Shown here piece after piece: positions 58,137 through 64,000 of a DNA stretch of 64,000 bases. Position 1 is the stretch's first letter. Each line of letters starts with the position of its first letter. The position numbers were made by a program, and so were the translations under genes. The notes below the pieces were generated by a model. That model was not told the origin of the DNA, made no database searches, and worked only from the letters and a program-made list of their open reading frames with translations. Location: the IMG/VR virus record IMGVR_UViG_3300030060_004050, positions 32,001 through 96,000 of that record; one strand, given 5' to 3'. The stretch comes from a virus.

Positions 58137-60343
58137 GTTTCAAGATTGTAGTAAACGATAACAACGAACCAAACAAAGTCGTAGTAAACAACGACATTGT
58201 TACTGTTATCGCTCAATCCATAGAAGAAGATTCCACTAGTGTCTTCATTAATTCTCCGTCTGGGGTAGGACCTGGTGGAGATAAAGGTGATCCGGGAGCA
58301 ACAGGAACCACAGGTTCTACAGGTCCAACAGGCGCTCAGGGAACTACTGGAACCACAGGGACTACAGGAACCACTGGTGCAACTGGTGCAACTGGTTCAC
58401 AGGGTGTTCAGGGTATTCAAGGAACTACTGGAACCACTGGAACCACAGGGGCAACTGGCGCTACTGGTTCACAAGGTGTTCAGGGTATTCAAGGAACCAC
58501 TGGGACTACCGGAACTACAGGCACGACAGGTGCAACAGGCGCGACAGGTGCAGATGGAAGTCAAGGTGTACAAGGAACAACTGGCACTACGGGTTCCACA
58601 GGAACCATAGGAAGGGTAGGAATTTGCGGTGGTTCTTCGTTCGACAATAATGAATCTCTTCTGTTCTTCTCTACAACCGATGGTTTAACATTAACATCAT
58701 CTCAAAGTGGGACGGTAACTAAAGTCTTGTTTGATGGTGATGGACTTCTTGGTGCTGGTATGCAGGAAGCATTGTATACCTACGGTTTGACTAGTGGTGA
58801 ATTGAATGCAGTTTCTCCGTCAAGCAATGGTGAATTGCTATTCAACGAAACCAACAACCAATTAGGAATTTTTAAATTTGACAACAGCGGCAGGGATTTC
58901 AGAACACAACTTTCTTCTGCTATAAACAATAATGCCACTGGTAGAGTTGTCTTGAGATTCGATGATGGTATTCAAGCCAGATCATTTGAATTTGACGGAA
59001 CTGATTCCGATGCTGTGTATAACGGAACGTTTTTCAGAATTCCAGTTACTCAAATTAACGGCGGAACAGCAGGTAGCGGTAAAATAGTTGGGGTTGAAAT
59101 TGAACTAGACAACCAGACTATGGGACCTGGTACAGCATTCCGTCTTCCCGGTGGAGGAGAAACTTTCACCAGCGTTGTCACAATGCTTAATGGATTTACT
59201 GGTGGTATCACGCTCAATCACGGAGCAGGAATTACCACTGCTGGTGCATCTGCCACTGGTATAACAATAGGGATTGATCCCTCCTCCACAATAAAGGTTG
59301 CAGGAATTTCATGCGATGGTGGTGCTACGTTTGGTAATAATGTTAGATTCACCTCCGGCAATCACCTCGATATGGGAGAATCTACAATCCGAGGAGGAGG
59401 TAGTGCTGGTAATGCGTTGATGGGACTTGACCTCAATGAAACCCGACACTCCTTACAATTTGGTGAAATTGATACCGAACGCAACTCTACTATTCTTTTT
59501 ATAAATGATCTTAATAAAGAGTATACTTTTTCCGCAGATAGTGGTTGCACGGTAGACATCAATGGAAAACTTGAAGTGAGTGGACTGGTTGAGGCCACTG
59601 CTGGTATCGCTTCCGGTAAGGGAATAACATTTGCAAATGATTCGGATATAATTTTTAATGGTGCATCATCTTCTTCGATCATTCAAAACGGCAACACCGT
59701 AGTGTTGTTTGATGATGCTAATGGACTTGTTAGATTTCCTGTTTTTGCAGTTGATATCGAGCAAAGACTCTCGCATGAGGGAGATAGTGACACATACTTA
59801 GACTTCACTACTAACAATTTAAAGATTCTTACAGGCGGAAATACCGCATTCAATGCTAACGCCACAGGCACAAATATTGGTGGAGTATCATTCGGAGTCA
59901 CCGCCGGCGGAGTGACATTTGGTGGTCCAATAACATTCCCCGATGGAACAACACAATCTACCGCCGCAGATAAACAAGAAACTGTTGCACACTTTACTTT
60001 AACTTCATCCAGCGGACTTACCTCCGGTTCTAGAATTCATAACTTACACTTTGTTCCTTTCAATGCAACAGCAAAACAGATAGGCATAAAAACTTGCGTC
60101 ACTGGTGGAATCACCGCATCAATTCTTGCTGCTAACTTTGCATCTCCATTTGGTGCAACCCAAGCATCAGGAACAAGAACAATCGCAACACTAAACGCAG
60201 CAACCGCATCCTTTGGTGCAACAGGAACAACGATGTCCTCGGCAGCAATTACCGGAGGTTCCTTCTTGTACCTTAAGATCGACGGAATATCTTTCCCAGG
60301 CATTACTGGTGTTCAAGCATTCTTGACGTATGAGAGGTCATAA
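58133..60343 (+). CDS. Collagen-like fibre protein
   Basis: 38 Gly-X-Y triplets; fibre-like C-terminal region ([12 protein letters not shown]). Confidence 0.8.
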   Translation: MSFKIVVNDNNEPNKVVVNNDIVTVIAQSIEEDSTSVFINSPSGVGPGGDKGDPGATGTTGSTGPTGAQGTTGTTGTTGTTGATGATGSQGVQGIQGTTGTTGTTGATGATGSQGVQGIQGTTGTTGTTGTTGATGATGADGSQGVQGTTGTTGSTGTIGRVGICGGSSFDNNESLLFFSTTDGLTLTSSQSGTVTKVLFDGDGLLGAGMQEALYTYGLTSGELNAVSPSSNGELLFNETNNQLGIFKFDNSGRDFRTQLSSAINNNATGRVVLRFDDGIQARSFEFDGTDSDAVYNGTFFRIPVTQINGGTAGSGKIVGVEIELDNQTMGPGTAFRLPGGGETFTSVVTMLNGFTGGITLNHGAGITTAGASATGITIGIDPSSTIKVAGISCDGGATFGNNVRFTSGNHLDMGESTIRGGGSAGNALMGLDLNETRHSLQFGEIDTERNSTILFINDLNKEYTFSADSGCTVDINGKLEVSGLVEATAGIASGKGITFANDSDIIFNGASSSSIIQNGNTVVLFDDANGLVRFPVFAVDIEQRLSHEGDSDTYLDFTTNNLKILTGGNTAFNANATGTNIGGVSFGVTAGGVTFGGPITFPDGTTQSTAADKQETVAHFTLTSSSGLTSGSRIHNLHFVPFNATAKQIGIKTCVTGGITASILAANFASPFGATQASGTRTIATLNAATASFGATGTTMSSAAITGGSFLYLKIDGISFPGITGVQAFLTYERS
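58277..58618 (+). repeat. Collagen-like (Gly-X-Y)38 tract with recurring [24 protein letters not shown] units
   Basis: Read directly from translation and DNA. Confidence 0.9.
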
Positions 60344-61515
60344 TGGCACTAACTGATGTATTCATTTCACCCGCTGGTGCTGGAGATAACTCTGGTAGTT
60401 CTGTTGCAAACGCTCTCCCTGCGATTAGCAGTGGTGATTGGTCAACGAACATCGAAGGACTCGACCGAGCAAACAAGAGATTTGTGTTTCTTACTGGAAC
60501 TTATGATGTTACAACCAAGTTGACATTCAGTGGTTCTGCTCCATCAGCAACCCAACCAAATCAATGGATCGGTGCAGACTCAAGTGGAAATCCTCTTCGA
60601 CCAAAGTTTGATGAATCAGGTCTTCGACTGGTCACGACAGACTATCCTAAATTTGTGTGTAGTACGAATGTCGCAATGGTTGATACAGAAGAAAACACAT
60701 ACTACAAGTGCTTATCGTTTGAAAACACAAGCACATCGTACTCCCTAACTTCTATTATTGAAACCACAACTACCGATGTTGACCAACAAATGTGGTTTGG
60801 TTGTGAATTTAAAACAGAGTATTCCCGTGCCAGTAGTACGCTTGTTGTCATGACTGTTACCACCGCCGCTTTTTCAGATTGTGTATTTGAAGTAGGGGGT
60901 GGTGGAGGTTTTTCTCAGTTCGACTGCGTGGTAGAAGCGACTAGTAACAATACATTTGACAATTGTAGGATTATTGGTCCATTCTCCCCAGCGGACCCCC
61001 AACTCGTTGGTTCCGCTGGAGATCAAGTTGGATTGAGAATAACTGCACTTACAACGAAGGTGAGAAACTGTGTGATTACGAGAGTGAATGGAACTGCGGT
61101 TGAACTTGAATTCTCAAACACTAAGACAGAAATTGATGTTGCTCATTGTACCATTTGTGATGCGAATGATGGAATCGTCACCAGCAGTGCCGCTTCCGCA
61201 CTCCCCGGAAAAGGTTCGTTAGAGGGAAACATTGTATTTGGTTGCAGTTCTAATGGGATAGAGACGAACGCGGATGACTCCCGACAATCTGGCGCACAGA
61301 TATTAGCAATGGGTTCTAATGGTAGTAATTTTGATTCCAACATGGACTCATACGAAGACATGATTGATGTAATTGCAATTACGACTGGTGACTTTTTTGA
61401 TTACAACAACCAAGACTTCAGAATCAAGAGAGATTCTCCTTTGTATAAATTTTACGGAACTAGAAACTTTGGTGCGATTCAAAACGAGGACTTTGAAATA
61501 GGATCGGTAGGATAA
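60343..61515 (+). CDS. Putative right-handed beta-helix (pectin-lyase-like) virion protein
   Basis: Repeating F(S/D)xCxF/I, NCVI, HCTI, GNIV stacks; coupled to the fibre gene. Confidence 0.55.
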   Translation: MALTDVFISPAGAGDNSGSSVANALPAISSGDWSTNIEGLDRANKRFVFLTGTYDVTTKLTFSGSAPSATQPNQWIGADSSGNPLRPKFDESGLRLVTTDYPKFVCSTNVAMVDTEENTYYKCLSFENTSTSYSLTSIIETTTTDVDQQMWFGCEFKTEYSRASSTLVVMTVTTAAFSDCVFEVGGGGGFSQFDCVVEATSNNTFDNCRIIGPFSPADPQLVGSAGDQVGLRITALTTKVRNCVITRVNGTAVELEFSNTKTEIDVAHCTICDANDGIVTSSAASALPGKGSLEGNIVFGCSSNGIETNADDSRQSGAQILAMGSNGSNFDSNMDSYEDMIDVIAITTGDFFDYNNQDFRIKRDSPLYKFYGTRNFGAIQNEDFEIGSVG

Positions 61516-61519
61516 AAAA

Positions 61520-62017
61520 ATGAAATATGAAGTAAACATACCAGCGGGAGTTTCGGGAGACTACAAAATAGTTGAAGGACTCGACACCATCTTACAACAA
61601 AACATCAATGGTGAGTGGTTAACTATAATGGCAGATAGTGAACTGGAGGCGCACCAAGCAAAAGAATTCTTAGATGCTGCCACTGGAGATGTTTTACTTG
61701 CTGGACTTGGAATCGGAATGGTTCTTCAACCACTAATCGATAACGACAATGTTACCAGTATCACCGTAGTAGAAAAATTTCAAGAAGTTATTGATTTGGT
61801 GTGGACACATACACCATCGTCGAGTAAGATTACTCTAGTAAATGATGACATATACACATGGACTCCTGACAAAAATTACGATGTTGCTTGGTTTGATTCT
61901 TTCATAAATCCCATAGACGGATTAGACAACTTGGGAGAATATAAGACTCAAATGCAAAATAAATATGAGAACATCGTTGGTTCTGGTTTCTTCTGGCCAT
62001 CTCATCAAGGTTGGTAA
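61520..62017 (+). CDS. Class I SAM-dependent methyltransferase (spermidine-synthase-like)
   Basis: GDVLLAGLGIGMV; ITVVEKFQEVIDLV; DDIYTW; YDVAWFD. Confidence 0.8.
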   Translation: MKYEVNIPAGVSGDYKIVEGLDTILQQNINGEWLTIMADSELEAHQAKEFLDAATGDVLLAGLGIGMVLQPLIDNDNVTSITVVEKFQEVIDLVWTHTPSSSKITLVNDDIYTWTPDKNYDVAWFDSFINPIDGLDNLGEYKTQMQNKYENIVGSGFFWPSHQGW

Positions 62018-62038
62018 ACAAAAGGAAAACTTTACATT

Positions 62039-62698
62039 ATGAAAATTGATATTCGTGAAATGAGAACCAAGTGGATCAATCTCGACAAAGATACCACTAA
62101 AGCCGAACAAATGATAACTCTACTAGACAGTCATGGGTTTACTTCCCATGACCGTTTTAATGCAATGTGTGAAGACGAAGAGTTCGGAATTACAAGAGAT
62201 AACTGTCAATGGTTCGGAACTCATATGTGTGGACTGTCTCATAGAAAACTTTTACAAGACACAATTATAGCAGATGGAAAACCTATCTTTGTTTTAGAAG
62301 ACGACGTTGAAGTAGAGATGGATAAAATTAAATATGAGATTGAAGTTCCCGATGATGCCGATGCTGTCTATCTAGGAACTTCTCAGGGCGATTGTAACTA
62401 CTCTGCCATAAGTGTAAACGAAGATATAGCAAGGGTAGAGAGAATATTTGCCACACATGCAATCATTCATTTCAACCCAGAATACTCCAAAGCAGTAGCA
62501 AAAATAACTGAGGATGCAGTCAAAGGTGATGGACCTTTTGATGTTGGTATAGCGTATGGTGTACAAAAAGACTTCAACGTATACGCAGTAAAAACTCCAT
62601 ACTTTTATCAAGCAGATTCAAAGAATACCGTGAACAAATACGAGTACATAACTCGAATCCCACTACTTTTAAATGATGAGGAATCTAACTTACTATGA
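62039..62698 (+). CDS. GT25-like glycosyltransferase (copy 2, paralogue of 52389)
   Basis: MKIDIR; WINLD; CGLSH; VLEDD; EVPDDADAVYLG; FATHAII. Confidence 0.65.
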   Translation: MKIDIREMRTKWINLDKDTTKAEQMITLLDSHGFTSHDRFNAMCEDEEFGITRDNCQWFGTHMCGLSHRKLLQDTIIADGKPIFVLEDDVEVEMDKIKYEIEVPDDADAVYLGTSQGDCNYSAISVNEDIARVERIFATHAIIHFNPEYSKAVAKITEDAVKGDGPFDVGIAYGVQKDFNVYAVKTPYFYQADSKNTVNKYEYITRIPLLLNDEESNLL

Positions 62699-63201
62699 CG
62701 CAACTTTCTTTTTATAAAATTTATGATGATGTTATATCACCAAAACATGCCACCAGTCAATCAGCATGTTTTGATATCCACGCATACATTAAAGACGACA
62801 TTCCTGTTACGGTGTATGGCATGGAAAATTTAAAAGGTTCTGTCAACCCAACCGATGGTGTCTTTGAACTTTTACCGGGAGACAGAGCATTGATTCCAAC
62901 GGGATTGATCTTTAATATACCTGATGATTGTTCTGTTAGAATACATACTAGATCTAGCGTTTCTTTGAAAAAGGGTTTGATTAATCCCAATGGAGAGGGT
63001 ATAATTGATGCAGACTACTACCACGAATCTTTTGTTATTTTGTATAACTCAAGTGGTTGTGTCGCTATAATTGAAAATGGAGATAGGATCGCCCAAGGCG
63101 AACTAGTAAAACTAGAGTCGTATCCTCTAGTAGAAACCACAAAAGAACCAGAACAAACCACCACCCGTGTAGGCGGATTCGGATCCACAGGAGTTAAATG
63201 A
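62695..63201 (+). CDS. dut: Trimeric dUTPase
   Basis: ACFDI; LIPTGL; HTRSS; GIIDADY; GDRIAQG; RVGGFGSTG. Confidence 0.93.
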   Translation: MTQLSFYKIYDDVISPKHATSQSACFDIHAYIKDDIPVTVYGMENLKGSVNPTDGVFELLPGDRALIPTGLIFNIPDDCSVRIHTRSSVSLKKGLINPNGEGIIDADYYHESFVILYNSSGCVAIIENGDRIAQGELVKLESYPLVETTKEPEQTTTRVGGFGSTGVK

Positions 63202-63518
63202 TGAACAGAGAAGAACTATTGAACCACCATGCAGACATTTGTAAAGAGGCACTAGAAATCATGAAGAAGAAAAATCATGATTATGCAGGGGAAGGCGGCG
63301 AGTCTCCTTTTGCCAACTTTACTCGCTCGGAGGACATGGGTATCTGTACAACCGAACAAGGATTTCTCGTTCGTCTCTGTGACAAACTTTCTCGTCTTTC
63401 TACGTTTGCCAGTGCCGGTGAACTAAAGGTAGACAACGAAGGTTATCACGATGCCATTCTTGATATCATTAACTACTGTATTCTGTTTGATGGTTATGTA
63501 AGTTCTAAGGATAATTAA
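63198..63518 (+). CDS. Nucleotide-modification-associated domain 1 (DUF1599-like) protein
   Basis: KKNHDYAG..PFANF; GFLVRLCDKLSRL; DAILDIINY. Confidence 0.7.
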   Translation: MMNREELLNHHADICKEALEIMKKKNHDYAGEGGESPFANFTRSEDMGICTTEQGFLVRLCDKLSRLSTFASAGELKVDNEGYHDAILDIINYCILFDGYVSSKDN

Positions 63519-63519
63519 T

Positions 63520-63547
63520 TTGACTTTACCCTAAGTTGTGGTATACT
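63520..63547 (+). promoter_or_regulatory. Sigma70-type promoter TTGACT-N16-TATACT (TGTG extended -10)
   Basis: Read directly; ATG at 63554, 6 nt after the -10. Confidence 0.8.
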
Positions 63548-63553
63548 CTGTAT

Positions 63554-63982
63554 ATGAAAACGACAGTGTTTACCGTACTTCTCGCCATGGTTGCTTCTCT
63601 CGAAGATATGAGTAGCAACTCTCTTCATGTAGATCTGTTAGCAGCCGTGTGCGAGGTAGAGTCAAACTGCGATCCTAGTGCAGTAGGAGATAACGGCAAC
63701 GCTATCGGCGCATATCAAATTTGGTATGACTACTGGTACGATGCCGTTACTTTTAAAAATAACGACAACCTTAAACTCTCGGATGGTTACGAAAGTTGCT
63801 ACGATAAAGATTATTCTGAGAGAGTGGTGCTTGCATATTGGGGAAGGTATGCTACAATTAAGCGTATTGGAAGAACACCCACAGACGAAGATCGAGCAAG
63901 GATCCATAACGGAGGCCCGAATGGATACAAGAAAGACTCCACATTAAAGTATTGGAGAAAGATACAAAATGCAAGTAGATAG
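63554..63982 (+). CDS. Lysozyme-like (i-type/destabilase or SLT) muramidase with hydrophobic N-terminus (start revised)
   Basis: LLAAVCEVES..AVGDNGNAIGAYQIWYDYWYDA; ARIHNGGPNG. Confidence 0.7.
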   Translation: MKTTVFTVLLAMVASLEDMSSNSLHVDLLAAVCEVESNCDPSAVGDNGNAIGAYQIWYDYWYDAVTFKNNDNLKLSDGYESCYDKDYSERVVLAYWGRYATIKRIGRTPTDEDRARIHNGGPNGYKKDSTLKYWRKIQNASR

Positions 63983-64000
63983 GTTCTATACGAACATTGC

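Noticed and set aside
58277-58618. Repeats as a possible CRISPR array or DGR template
   Set aside because: They are in-frame Gly-X-Y coding repeats with synonymous variation and no unique spacers; no cas or reverse-transcriptase gene is in the window.

Overview
A 64-kb segment of a large lytic T4-like myophage (Tevenvirinae/Kyanoviridae-like gene order, standard genetic code), with all credible genes on the + strand. Order: baseplate (gp25 end, gp6, gp7, gp8, VrlC-like) > fibre/collar proteins > neck, terminase, tail and head (gp13-gp23, gp3) > UvsY/UvsW, gp55, gp47/46, RNase H, gp45/44/62, RegA. A glycan-building system is woven through the replication arm. It comprises Gmd, a His-type ColD-like dehydratase and an Fcl/ColC-like reductase (a probable GDP-L-colitose/fucose pathway) inserted between gp45 and gp44; five glycosyltransferases (GT25-like x2, GT11, GT10-like, GT2-TPR); a NodU/CmcH carbamoyltransferase; and a SAM methyltransferase. 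These flank a late-promoter island encoding a Thr-rich collagen-like fibre, so self-glycosylation of the virion is the leading hypothesis. Other signals: four sigma70-type promoters with the same geometry that predict leaderless mRNAs, a consensus antisense promoter back-to-back with the gp55 promoter, two apparent pseudo-enzymes (dCMP deaminase-like, GalE-like), and a family of Pro/Gly-rich orphans with capsid-targeting-like N-termini. All assignments come from motif recognition by eye; no searches were run.
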